From an uncultured Candidatus Rokubacteria bacterium (GTDB lineage: Bacteria; Methylomirabilota; Methylomirabilia; Rokubacteriales; CSP1-6), in contig CAVWWD010000003.1 of NCBI GenBank assembly GCA_963758635.1, positions 608,001-672,000 of the forward strand: a stretch of 64,000 nt of DNA, written 5' to 3'. The position numbers and the translations under genes were made by a program. Of the stretch, positions 1 through 9,274 are shown piece by piece. The notes under the pieces are model-generated. The model saw only the letters and a list, made by a program, of their open reading frames with translations. It ran no database searches and was not told where the DNA came from. Positions within the stretch are counted from its first letter, which is position 1. Each line of letters opens with the position of its first letter.

Positions 1-242
1 GCGTGGTACTGGGGGAAGCGGGCGAGGACATCCCGGCACAGCTCGATCGCGTCTCGCGCTCGTCCCGCCTTGCGATGCGCGTCGGCCAGGCGCGCCCAGG
101 CCATGGAGTAGGGGTCCCGGGCCAGGCGCTCTTCGTAGCGGCGGATCGCCCCGGAAGCGGCCTCCTCGGCGGGCAGCGCCGCAGGGGCCGTCGCGACCGG
201 GCTCGGCGTCTCCGGGCCGCCTTCCCGCACGTCCTGGCCCAT
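1..242 (-). CDS. Tetratricopeptide-repeat protein, N-terminal part (runs off the window)
   Basis: Manual translation from ATG at 242: MGQDVREGGPETPSPVATAPAALPAEEAASGAIRRYEERLARDPYSMAWARLADAHRKAGRARDAIELCRDVLARFPQYH; TPR-like helix pattern; not in the ORF track. Confidence 0.7.
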   Translation of the reverse strand, partial: MGQDVREGGPETPSPVATAPAALPAEEAASGAIRRYEERLARDPYSMAWARLADAHRKAGRARDAIELCRDVLARFPQYH

Positions 243-251
243 GGCGCCTTT

Positions 252-280
252 GTTATACGTGGGGTCGCGCAGCGAGTCAA
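252..280 (-). promoter_or_regulatory. Sigma70-type promoter for the TPR gene
   Basis: TTGACT-N17-TATAAC on the minus strand just upstream of ATG 242. Confidence 0.6.
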
Positions 281-286
281 TTGGAG

Positions 287-540
287 TGGGGGGGAGCGGC
301 CGCGCTCCCCCCCCACCGCCCCCCACGGCCACGTGCGAGCCTTCGCGGCGCCATTCGGCGCGCGGGGTGCTTCCGTTTTCGCGTGTGCGCCCGGTCGAAC
401 GTGCGCGCTCCCCCCCACCGCCCCCCACGGACCACGTGCGCGCCTTCGCGGCGCCATTCGGCGCGCGGGGTGGTTCCGTTTTCGCGTGTGCGCCCGGTCG
501 AACGTGCGCTCCCGCCCCCTCGCCCCCCACGGCCACGGGC
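287..540. repeat. GC hairpin followed by a ~103-bp tandem repeat (about 2.3 copies)
   Basis: GTGGGGGGGAGCG-GCCG-CGCTCCCCCCCCAC hairpin at 287-316; unit CGCGCTCCCCCCC...CCGGTCGAACGTG starts at 301, 404 and partially ~506. Confidence 0.85.
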
Positions 541-557
541 GGGCGTCGGCGGGGCGG

Positions 558-2123
558 CTATCCTCGGTCCGCGTCCTCTGGCCCGTTCCGGGGCCCGAGA
601 TAGCCAAGCACGAGCAACGTGATGTCGTCGGCTTGCAGGGCGCCGGCGGAAAACCGTTGAACCCCTTCGAGGACGTCCTCGATGACATCCTTGCTGCGAA
701 GACCGCGTGTGCCCTGCAACGTCTCTCTCAGACGCGCGTCCGAAAAAAGCCGGCCGCCCTCATCGAGGGCGTCGGTCACCCCGTCCGTGTACAGCACCAG
801 CCGATCTCCCGGCCCGAGCAGGAGCTGACCGGAGCCAACGCGTCCCGCCGTGGTCACGCCCAGCGCGGTGCCTCCGGTCTTGGGCAGAGCCATCACCGTT
901 TCGTTGGACATGACGTAGGGCAGGACGTGCCCGGCATTGCCGTACTCCACCTGGCCGGTGCGCGCATCCAGGACGCAGCAGAAGACCGTCGCGAACATGC
1001 AGGTGTCGTTGTCCCGGCACATCTCTCCGTTGAGCTGGGACAGGATGCTGACCGGCGTGGCGTCGGGATGGCCTCCGGTGGCCCTGAACAGGGTCTTGGT
1101 CAGCGCCATGAAGAGCGCCGCGGGCACGCCCTTGCCGGAGACGTCGCCGATGGCAAAGCACAGTCGCTGGTCGTCCAGCATGAAGAAATCGTAGAAGTCG
1201 CCTCCGACCTCCCGCGCGGGAACGAGCGCCGCATGGATGTCGAACTCCCTCCGGTCGGGAAAGGCCGGAAAGGTCTTCGGCACCATGTTCATCTGTATGT
1301 CGTGGGCGATCTTCAGCTCACTCTCGATCCGTTCCTTGGCCGCCGTGGTCGCGGCGAGGTCCTGGAGGTACCGGTGCAGCGTCCGCTCCATGTCGATGAA
1401 CGACTCGGCCAGCTCGCCCACCTCGTCCTTGGATCTCTCCGGGAGGGCCAGGATCGCCGCGGGAATGTCCGACCCGGCCGCGAAGTCGTGCGTGGCGAGC
1501 GATCGCGCGTGCTCGGCGAGCTGACTCAGCGGTCTCGCGATGCGATTGACCAGCAGATACGCGAGCCCCACGCTCAGGAGGAAGAGCGCGAACACGAGCC
1601 CCTGCTGCCGGGCGACGGTGGACCAGATCTGAGCGCGGATGACCCCTTGGTCCATGCCCACGTGCACGTGGCCGGCCACCCCGGCCAGGATCGGCGCGTA
1701 GACGTGGATGAAGTCTCCTTGCCCGTGCAGCCGGAGCGTCGTGGCCACCACGTCGCCGGTCGACGAACTGGCGCGCGACTGCTGGATGAGAGGGACGACG
1801 TCCCGGGGCACCGCCGGCACGAACGTATGGGCGACGACGTCTCCCTGCGCATCGGCCACGAACACGTACGCCACCCCGTCGATCTCGTCGAACTGGTCGA
1901 TGATGGCCTGCACCGTGGCCAGACCGCGGTTGAGAAGAATCTCCGCGCTCGAGTCGGCCACACTCTTTGCGATCGCGATGCCCTTGCTCCGATACTCCGT
2001 GGTCAGGCTCCGGGAGAGCGTCCACCCCGATAGGATCGACGTGGCTCCGGCAATGACGCCGAACAGCGCCACGATCAAGAGCAGCGTCTTCGTGAACAGC
2101 CCCGATGTCCTCACTTCGCCCAC
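558..2123 (-). CDS. Membrane sensor PP2C/SpoIIE (RsbU-like) Ser/Thr phosphatase with HAMP domain
   Basis: Two TM helices flanking an extracytoplasmic domain; HAMP (DEVGELAESF); PP2C motifs EVGGDFYD, IGDVSGKG, YTDGV, DDIT. Confidence 0.9.
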   Translation of the reverse strand: MGEVRTSGLFTKTLLLIVALFGVIAGATSILSGWTLSRSLTTEYRSKGIAIAKSVADSSAEILLNRGLATVQAIIDQFDEIDGVAYVFVADAQGDVVAHTFVPAVPRDVVPLIQQSRASSSTGDVVATTLRLHGQGDFIHVYAPILAGVAGHVHVGMDQGVIRAQIWSTVARQQGLVFALFLLSVGLAYLLVNRIARPLSQLAEHARSLATHDFAAGSDIPAAILALPERSKDEVGELAESFIDMERTLHRYLQDLAATTAAKERIESELKIAHDIQMNMVPKTFPAFPDRREFDIHAALVPAREVGGDFYDFFMLDDQRLCFAIGDVSGKGVPAALFMALTKTLFRATGGHPDATPVSILSQLNGEMCRDNDTCMFATVFCCVLDARTGQVEYGNAGHVLPYVMSNETVMALPKTGGTALGVTTAGRVGSGQLLLGPGDRLVLYTDGVTDALDEGGRLFSDARLRETLQGTRGLRSKDVIEDVLEGVQRFSAGALQADDITLLVLGYLGPRNGPEDADRG

Positions 2124-3337
2124 TGGCTCCAGCTCTCGAGCGGAACGAACCAGGCGCCCTCGAGGGTCGTGTAGTACACGCGGTCCGAGCCCTGATGCCG
2201 GTCGGGCCCGAAGGAGATGCGGCTTCCGATCCCGAGATCCAGATCGCGGATGCTCTCCACGGTGTCCTTGATGCGCGCCTTGGTCGGCGGGGAGCCCATG
2301 CGCTTCAAGATGTGCACCAGCAGTTTCGCGTTCAAGAAGCCTTCCAGGCTGACGGAGCTGTACCGGATGGGGCGATAGTCCGCGGCGCCCGGATGCGGCC
2401 CCTGAGCCCCGAACTCGTCCATCTGCTCCCGATACTCCCGGATCGCGAGCAGCGACACATCTTCATGGGATGGGACCACTTGCGACACGATGAGGTTGCG
2501 CGTGTAGTCGACGCCCTTGGCCCGGCCGAGCTGATGGAGAGCCTCCGCCATCGCCTCGCTGCCGACGAACGACACGTTGGCGATGGGGACCGTCCAGCCG
2601 GCATCGCGCGCGTCCCGGATCAAGGCCGCGGACGCCGCGTAGGCGCCGATAGCCACGATCGCGTCGGGGCGTGCGGCTCTGAGGATGTCCACCTGCGGTT
2701 TCAGGCTTGCCGACAGGGTCGTGCCTCGGCGATAGGTGGCCTCGCTCACGATCGTGAGTCCGTGGCGCGCGAGGGCGTCCTTGACTCCTTCCCATCCGCC
2801 TCGTCCATAGGCATCGGCTTGATAGAACACGGCGACCCGCGTCCTCCCGATCCGGACGAGGTGATCGACCAATCCCCGCGTCTCCTCGCGATAGGAGGCC
2901 CGCAGGTTGAACACGGAATCGACGTAGGGGGGCTGCCGGTGCGGCTGGGCTCCGGTGAACGGAAAGAAGAGATACACCTGACGCTTCTGATAGCTCTTCA
3001 GCAGGGGAAGCACGCGCGTGACCGTGGGCGTGCCGACGAAGTTCATCAGCAGAAGGACATCGTCGTCGTCGACGAGCCTGATGGTGTTGCGGATGGCCGG
3101 GGTGGGGTCGTACCGGTCATCGTAGGCCCGAATGACGATGCGCCGGCCGTTGATGCCCCCCGCTCGATTGACCGACTCCAGGTGCGCCATCGAGCCGCGA
3201 TAGAGCTCGATACCGAGGCCCCGGGAGGGCCCGGTGAACGCCGCGGACATGCCGATGACGATCTCCTGGGCCGGGAGCGTCCCGGGAAGAAGAAGGATCA
3301 GGCCCGCCAAGAGGAGCGCGCGCCCCAGGGCCATCAC
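2111..3337 (-). CDS. Periplasmic solute-binding protein (LivJ/Peripla_BP_6-like), no adjacent permease
   Basis: Signal peptide; IGMSAAFTGP, GGINGRRI, DDRYDP, FNLRASY motifs; overlaps the start of the phosphatase gene. Confidence 0.85.
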   Translation of the reverse strand: MMALGRALLLAGLILLLPGTLPAQEIVIGMSAAFTGPSRGLGIELYRGSMAHLESVNRAGGINGRRIVIRAYDDRYDPTPAIRNTIRLVDDDDVLLLMNFVGTPTVTRVLPLLKSYQKRQVYLFFPFTGAQPHRQPPYVDSVFNLRASYREETRGLVDHLVRIGRTRVAVFYQADAYGRGGWEGVKDALARHGLTIVSEATYRRGTTLSASLKPQVDILRAARPDAIVAIGAYAASAALIRDARDAGWTVPIANVSFVGSEAMAEALHQLGRAKGVDYTRNLIVSQVVPSHEDVSLLAIREYREQMDEFGAQGPHPGAADYRPIRYSSVSLEGFLNAKLLVHILKRMGSPPTKARIKDTVESIRDLDLGIGSRISFGPDRHQGSDRVYYTTLEGAWFVPLESWSQWAK

Positions 3338-3409
3338 GACGGTTTTCGCCGGCGATGGTGTCCGCGAGACTGCTCGTCCCGCCCCCCGCTGACGCGATCC
3401 CGGCCATCC

Positions 3410-3826
3410 CTAGTGGACGCTCTTTCTCAGGAGCAGGACGTTCTTCCCCTTCCGCCTCTGGTACTCCAGCCCGTCCACGAGCGTGCGCACCAGGTGGATG
3501 CCGAGTCCGCCGATCGACCGATCGTGCAACGATCGCGTAGTGTCTGGCGACGGCGCGTGGAGGGGGTTGAACGGCTGGCCGTCGTCTTCCACCTCGGCCT
3601 CGAGCGTTCCCGGTCGTGCCGTCAGCCGGACCGTGATCTCGTGTTCACGGCCGTCCGTGTAGCCATGGGACATGATGTTGGCGAGGATCTCCTCGAGGGC
3701 GAGATCGAGGGCGTGCACCGCTCGGGGAGCGAGGCGATAGCGCTGTCCGAACGACGCCAGCGTCCGGCTGAACCGCTCGATCTCGCGGCGGTCGTTGGTG
3801 AGCGTGACCTCCAGTTGTTCTCGCAT
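3410..3826 (-). CDS. RsbW/SpoIIAB-type anti-sigma factor Ser kinase (HATPase_c)
   Basis: Start taken at MREQLEVT; motifs LALEEILANIMSHG, VEDDGQPF, GGLGIHLVR. Confidence 0.9.
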   Translation of the reverse strand: MREQLEVTLTNDRREIERFSRTLASFGQRYRLAPRAVHALDLALEEILANIMSHGYTDGREHEITVRLTARPGTLEAEVEDDGQPFNPLHAPSPDTTRSLHDRSIGGLGIHLVRTLVDGLEYQRRKGKNVLLLRKSVH

Positions 3827-3947
3827 CGTCTGGGCGTCCGGGACAGAAGCCGCGCAGAGCCTGGCGCTTATCGGTCGGGCCACCCGACGCGATGGGCGTC
3901 GGAGAGAGTTCCGGGAGGCGTCGGCGCCACGGGCGACGTCTGGAGGT

Positions 3948-5291
3948 TCAGCGGAATTCCAGCTCTTCGGTGATGATCCGGTCCCGGGGTACGCCGAGCG
4001 CCCGGAATTGCCGGCTGAGGTCCGCCACGAACCTGAGCTGGCCACACAGCATCACCGCGTAGCCTTCGAGCGCGACATCGGCCGCGACGAGAGCGGCCGT
4101 GATCCTCCCACGCCGTGCCGTCTGCCACAGCGAGTACTCGATGAACGACTCCGCCTGCAAGTAGGACTGGCGGATCTCCGCGTCGTACACCGCGTCCTGA
4201 TCGTCGCGGACGACGTAGTAGAGCCAGATCCGACGAAAATCGTGGTTGCTGAGCTCGAACGCCAGCATGCCGAGGAACGGCGTGATGCCGATGCCCGCCC
4301 CGATGCAGACGATCCGCCGAAAATGGGCGTAGCGATGGGACGTGAACCCGCCGAAGGGTCCGTAGACGTCCAGCGGCGTCCCTGGCTTGAGCCCGGGGAG
4401 CTGCCGGGTGAAGTCTCCGACGGCCCGGATCGACACGCGCAGATCCCGATCCACCGGCGACGAGGAGATCGAGAACGGATGCAACTCCTTCCGATGCTGC
4501 TCCAGCTCGGGAACCCGCAAGAAGACGAAGGTCCCGGGCTCGTACATCATGCGCCGGTCGACGGGGCGCATCACGAGGTCGATGATGGCGCTCCCCTTCG
4601 AGGCCACCGCCGCGAGGCGGTAGGGGTAGCGGGGCCCGAGCCGGTTGAACAGGACCACTCGGTAGAGCCAGGCCGCTCCGCCCGCCAGCAGAAGAATGAC
4701 CATCCAGGTCCGCAGCGGCTCGAACTCGGCGATCGTGCCGGGCTCGATGGCCGCGTGCGCGGCGCCCCCGAGAAAGACGAGCCCGGTCAGCCGGTGGACC
4801 GCGAGCCAGCGCTCGTAGCGCATGCGGCGATCGAAGGCGAGGCCACCCAGGAGCAGGAGCACGTAGAAGATCAGGATATCGATCGAGCGCGCGGACTCCG
4901 ACCAGAATGGGATGAAGATGTCTCCGAGCGACGCGCCCCGCTGGAACGCCACCACCGCCAGCAGAAGGACGTGGACGATCAGGAGGAGGATCGCGGCCGG
5001 CCCGACGACCTTGTGGAAGCGCACGGCCCGATCGAGACCCCCGAAGATCGGCTCGAGCGCCTGGGCGCGAACCACCGCGAGCATGGCGAGCGCCATGAGG
5101 GTGACCGACCACAGCACCGTGAGCTGAGAGAGCCCTCGCCAGGGCCAGAAGCCAGCCGGGACCGGGCCGGGGATTCTGGCCGCGGCCCAGAGAACGGTCG
5201 TGATGGTCACGCAGCCGGCGGTCAGGATCCATCCCGGTCGCCACGCCCCGAGCGGGGGCAACCGCCGGCGCAGGATGTCCCCGAGTCTCAC
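3948..5291 (-). CDS. Ferric reductase-like membrane oxidoreductase with FAD/NAD(P)-binding domain
   Basis: N-terminal TM bundle with His residues (RFHK, IVH, AVHR, AAH); HPFSISS, GDFT, GPFGGF, GAGIGITPF, CG and terminal EELEF motifs. Confidence 0.88.
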   Translation of the reverse strand: MRLGDILRRRLPPLGAWRPGWILTAGCVTITTVLWAAARIPGPVPAGFWPWRGLSQLTVLWSVTLMALAMLAVVRAQALEPIFGGLDRAVRFHKVVGPAAILLLIVHVLLLAVVAFQRGASLGDIFIPFWSESARSIDILIFYVLLLLGGLAFDRRMRYERWLAVHRLTGLVFLGGAAHAAIEPGTIAEFEPLRTWMVILLLAGGAAWLYRVVLFNRLGPRYPYRLAAVASKGSAIIDLVMRPVDRRMMYEPGTFVFLRVPELEQHRKELHPFSISSSPVDRDLRVSIRAVGDFTRQLPGLKPGTPLDVYGPFGGFTSHRYAHFRRIVCIGAGIGITPFLGMLAFELSNHDFRRIWLYYVVRDDQDAVYDAEIRQSYLQAESFIEYSLWQTARRGRITAALVAADVALEGYAVMLCGQLRFVADLSRQFRALGVPRDRIITEELEFR

Positions 5292-5337
5292 GACGTGATC
5301 CGCCCCCTGCGGGCGGTGACTCCTTCATTCATGGCGC

Positions 5338-5673
5338 TCATCGGAGACCCTCGAGGGCCTCGCGGTGAGAATCGTAGATGGCAAAGATGGGGATGAATCC
5401 GGCGATATCGAAGACTTCCCTGACCGCCTCGGTGAGCGTGCAGAGCGCGATCCGGCCCTGCGCGCTGTCGAGGCGCTTGGCGGCGAGGATGAACACGCGC
5501 AGCCCGGCGCTGCTGATGTACTCGAGCCCCGCCAGGTCGATCGCGATCCGGCGAGCGCCGGACTCGATGTGAGCGAGAACTCGATCCTGGAATGCGTTCG
5601 CGGTCGTCGTGTCCAGTCGCCCGGACACGATGAGCGTGACGATGTCCGCCGTCTTGTGCTCCGTGATCTCCAT
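5338..5673 (-). CDS. STAS-domain anti-sigma factor antagonist (RsbV/SpoIIAA-like)
   Basis: GRLD, DLAGLEYISSAGLR with the phospho-acceptor Ser, VFDIAGF. Confidence 0.92.
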   Translation of the reverse strand: MEITEHKTADIVTLIVSGRLDTTTANAFQDRVLAHIESGARRIAIDLAGLEYISSAGLRVFILAAKRLDSAQGRIALCTLTEAVREVFDIAGFIPIFAIYDSHREALEGLR

Positions 5674-5763
5674 GCCTGCTCCTTGGTTACCCGCACCACC
5701 CGATGTCTCGTCCTCGAGAGCGAGAGACGAGAACGAATCAGGCGCCGCTGCGCGGCCGGTGGG

Positions 5764-6846
5764 TCAGCCGAGCTCCTGGAGGGTCTCGAGGATGGCGGTG
5801 GTCGGAACGTCGTGGACCATGCGGTATTTGCCGATCTCGGGGGCGAGGACGAACGGGACGCGGCCGTCCTTGCCCTTCTTGTCACGCGTGAGCGCCTCCA
5901 TGACCGCGGTGGGATCGGCGCCGGAGCCCTTCACGGGGAGGCCCACCGCCTGGAGCACGTCGACCTGGCGCGCGCGGCTCTCCGCGTCCCCCACGCCGAG
6001 GCGCTCGGCCAGTCGCGCCTCGGCCGCCATGCCGAGCGACACGGCCTCGCCGTGGGTCCACCGGACGTAGCCGGTCGCGGCCTCGATGGCGTGGCCCAGG
6101 GTGTGGCCGTAGTTCAGCACGTTGCGCAGCTCGGTGTCGCGCTCGTCCTGCTCCACCACCGAGGCCTTGATCCGGCACGAGCCGGCGACCACGCGCTCCA
6201 GCGTGGGCAGGTCGCGGGCGAGGAGCGGCTCGCGGCTCGCCTCGAGGTCGTCGAAGTACTCTCGGTCGAGCACGATGCCGTGCTTGATCACCTCGGCGAG
6301 CCCCGAGCGATAGTCCCGCTCGGGCAGCGTCAGCAGCACCCCGGGGTCCACCAGCACGACGCGGGGCTGGTGGAAGGCGCCGATGAGGTTCTTCGCCCGC
6401 GGGTGGTCGATGGCGGTCTTGCCGCCGCTGGAGGCGTCGACCTGGGCCAGGAGCGTGGTGGGCATCTGGACGAAGTTCACCCCGCGCATGTAGGTGGCGG
6501 CGGCGAACCCCGCCACGTCGCCGATGGCGCCGCCGCCCAGCGTGAGCACCGTGGAGGATCGGTCGAGCCGCGCGTCGGCGAACGCGTCCCAGAGACGGCT
6601 CGCCACGGCCAGGACCTTCGCCTCCTCGCTGCCCGGCACCATCATCGTGGTCACGTCGAAGCCCGCCGCGCGCAGGCCCTCCAGCACCGGCCCGCCGTGG
6701 CGCTCCAGGATGGACGGCTCGGTGACGAGGGCCACGCGCCGCCCGACGCGGAGGGCGGTCAGCTCGCGGCCCACCTGCGCCAGTGTTCCCGTTCCCACCA
6801 GGATCCGGTAGGAGCGCGCGCCGAGGTTCACGGGGATGACGTGCAT
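5764..6846 (-). CDS. aroB: 3-dehydroquinate synthase
   Basis: GGGAIGD, YMRGV, PTTLLAQVDASSGGKT, KNLIGAFHQP, LNYGHTLGHAIE, HGEAV; start at MHVIPVNLG. Confidence 0.96.
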   Translation of the reverse strand: MHVIPVNLGARSYRILVGTGTLAQVGRELTALRVGRRVALVTEPSILERHGGPVLEGLRAAGFDVTTMMVPGSEEAKVLAVASRLWDAFADARLDRSSTVLTLGGGAIGDVAGFAAATYMRGVNFVQMPTTLLAQVDASSGGKTAIDHPRAKNLIGAFHQPRVVLVDPGVLLTLPERDYRSGLAEVIKHGIVLDREYFDDLEASREPLLARDLPTLERVVAGSCRIKASVVEQDERDTELRNVLNYGHTLGHAIEAATGYVRWTHGEAVSLGMAAEARLAERLGVGDAESRARQVDVLQAVGLPVKGSGADPTAVMEALTRDKKGKDGRVPFVLAPEIGKYRMVHDVPTTAILETLQELG

Positions 6847-6947
6847 GGCGCCCATTCTAGTCCGGTGGGCGGCACCCCCGGCGGGGAAAGCAACCGGCCC
6901 CGTCGCGCGTCGGCGCGACGGGGCCGGGGATGCGGTCGGCGGCGCGG

Positions 6948-8822
6948 TCAGCGGGACGCGACGGCCGCGTCGGTCCTGAGCAGCACGGGAGTCACGAACA
7001 CCACCAGCTCCCGGCCGGTCTCGAAGGTCTCCTTCTGCTTGAAGAGCCAGCCGAACAGCGGGATGTCGCCCAGGACCGGCACCTTGCGAACGGTGCTGGC
7101 GGTGACCGACTGGGTGACGCCGCCGATCACGAGCCGCTCGCCCTCCCTGATGAGGACCTGCGTCTCGGCCTTGCGGCGGTTGATGGCCGGCGGCGTGCCG
7201 CCCGAGCCCAGGTTCACAACGTCGCCGCGGGAGTTGTTCTCGATGACCACGACCATCTTGATCTTCCGGATCTCCTGGGTGTTCAGCCGCTCGCGGATCA
7301 CCGTGGGGGTCACGTCCAGCTTCAGGAGCGCTTCCTTGAACTGGATCTGCGTGCCCGCGGAGCTCACCGTGGCGTAGGGAATCTCCTCGCCGAGCGACAC
7401 GCTGGCCTTGTTGTTCTCGACCGTGACGATCTCCGGCCGGGCCAGGGTGCGCGTCTTTCCCTGGGAGGCCAGCGCCTGGAGCGCCAGGTTGATGTTGAAG
7501 TTGGTGCCGATGATGCCGAAGGCGATGCCGGCGGCCGGGATCTGGGTCGCCGCGTTCGGCAGCAGCTGGAACGGCAGGTTCACGAGGTTGCCGCCGATCG
7601 GCAGGCCCGTGCCCTGGTCGACCTGGAAGAGGTTGCTGAGCGGGATGTTGGTCTTCGGCGCGGTGGGGCCGGTCGGGTTCACGATAACCGTGGAGCCGTC
7701 GGGCTGGAGCACGCCGCCCACCACGGGGAGCGTCTGGCCGGGCACCCGGCCGGGCGCCGACTGGAAGCCCTGGCCCACCACGGTCGTGTTGCCGGCCTGG
7801 CCCGCCATGCCGCCGCCCCACTGGATGCCGATGGCCTCCAGCGCGTTGCGATCGAGGATCTCCATCCGCGCCTCGATTTTCACCTGGGGCAGGGGCACAT
7901 CGAGCTGCTCGCGCACCAGCTTCTTGATGCGCTCCAGGTCGGCCGAGTAGTGCCGGATGAAGATCGTGTTGGTCGGCTTGTGAGCGCGGATCGTGATGCC
8001 CTTGGCCAGCACGTCCTGGCTCACGGACACCAGCGGCGCGGGCGCGCGCTGGGCGCCCTGCCCGTAGAGCTGGGCGAACGGGGGCTCCATGATCGGCGGG
8101 GACCCCGACGGCACAGACAGGGGCTGACCGGGAATCACGGTGGATACCGGCTGCGTGCCCTCGGGCGGGATCCCCAGGATGCCCTGGAGCGTGCGCGCCA
8201 CTTCCTCCGGATCCGCGTAGGACAGCCGGACCGTCTCTTCCTGCAGCGGGCCGCGCCGGCGCGCTTCCTCGGCGGCGGCTTCGTTGATGGCGCGCCGCGC
8301 TGCCAACTCGGCCTCCTTCAGCTCGGCCTCGGCCAGCTTCGTGCGCGTCTCGATCTCGGCGCGGCGCTTGGCCTCTTCGACGCGCGCCTGCGCCTCGCGC
8401 TCCTTGGTGAGCTGATCCAGCGACACGATGCGGATCACGCCGCCCTTCTCGACCTTCGACAGGCCCTTGACCTCGAGGATCGTGTCGAGCGCCTGCTCCC
8501 ACGTGACGTTGCGGAGCGACACCGACACCTTGCCGCGCACGTCCTCGCCGGCCACGATGTTCTTGCCGCTCTCCGCCGACAGGATGCGCAGCAGGTTCTG
8601 GATTTCGGCGTCCTTGAAGTCGAGCGAGATCAGCTTGCCGCCGTTCGGCGCCGCGGGCCGGCCCGTCTGCGCCTGCGCGACCACGATCGGGCTCGGCAGC
8701 GGGGCCACGCTCACGTCGTTCAGCCGAGCCGGTGTGTCGCCGGAATGGGCGACCCCGAAGACCCCGCCCAGGAGCAGCCCGGAAAAGATCGGGACCGCCA
8801 GCTTCCTCGTCGTGCGCCTCAT
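6948..8822 (-). CDS. pilQ: Type IV pilus secretin
   Basis: ISLDFKDAEI, LRNVTWEQALD, QVKIEAR, secretin C-domain (KVPVLGDIPLFGWLFK, ELVVFVTP); follows pilMNOP. Confidence 0.93.
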   Translation of the reverse strand: MRRTTRKLAVPIFSGLLLGGVFGVAHSGDTPARLNDVSVAPLPSPIVVAQAQTGRPAAPNGGKLISLDFKDAEIQNLLRILSAESGKNIVAGEDVRGKVSVSLRNVTWEQALDTILEVKGLSKVEKGGVIRIVSLDQLTKEREAQARVEEAKRRAEIETRTKLAEAELKEAELAARRAINEAAAEEARRRGPLQEETVRLSYADPEEVARTLQGILGIPPEGTQPVSTVIPGQPLSVPSGSPPIMEPPFAQLYGQGAQRAPAPLVSVSQDVLAKGITIRAHKPTNTIFIRHYSADLERIKKLVREQLDVPLPQVKIEARMEILDRNALEAIGIQWGGGMAGQAGNTTVVGQGFQSAPGRVPGQTLPVVGGVLQPDGSTVIVNPTGPTAPKTNIPLSNLFQVDQGTGLPIGGNLVNLPFQLLPNAATQIPAAGIAFGIIGTNFNINLALQALASQGKTRTLARPEIVTVENNKASVSLGEEIPYATVSSAGTQIQFKEALLKLDVTPTVIRERLNTQEIRKIKMVVVIENNSRGDVVNLGSGGTPPAINRRKAETQVLIREGERLVIGGVTQSVTASTVRKVPVLGDIPLFGWLFKQKETFETGRELVVFVTPVLLRTDAAVASR

Positions 8823-8833
8823 CCCTGTCCCCC

Positions 8834-9274
8834 CTAGTCTGTGCGGACTCTGAGCGTCACGGTGGTGGGCGGCTGACCCGGACGCCCCGCGACGGAGAAG
8901 GTCAATGAATCCTTGCTGATCTCTGCGACGCGTCCGTCACCGAGCACGTCGCCGGGCTTGAGGATGTAGCCAATGCCGTCAGGCGCCTCGATGAGCCCGA
9001 GCGGTCCTTGCCGGCCGTCGATGATGCCGGCCAGCTTGACGGACGCCACCTGGAGGCCCTGCTTGCTGCCCTGGGCGACCGTGACCGGCACGAACGGATC
9101 CTTCCGTTCCTTCGCCTCGTACTTCGCCGGTGCCAGCGGCGGGCCCGCGTCCGGCGGGCGTGGCGCCACCGCGGCCCTCGGAGGCACGACGGGCGGCGCG
9201 GGCGGGGGCGGGGGCGAGCTGCAACCGACCAGGAGCACCGTGCCGACGAGCGTGGCGAGGCGCGCGCGGCTCAT
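8834..9274 (-). CDS. pilP: Type IV pilus lipoprotein PilP
   Basis: Lipobox LLVGC, Pro-rich linker, RKDPF motif, LIEAPDGIGYILKPGD; lies between pilO and pilQ. Confidence 0.85.
   Translation of the reverse strand: MSRARLATLVGTVLLVGCSSPPPPPAPPVVPPRAAVAPRPPDAGPPLAPAKYEAKERKDPFVPVTVAQGSKQGLQVASVKLAGIIDGRQGPLGLIEAPDGIGYILKPGDVLGDGRVAEISKDSLTFSVAGRPGQPPTTVTLRVRTD

Noticed and set aside
5764..8502. 912-aa AroB, 976-aa PilD and 959-aa Ffh N-terminal extensions in the ORF track
   Set aside because: The extensions are off-frame reads through upstream genes; real starts are at 6846, 14954 and 49795
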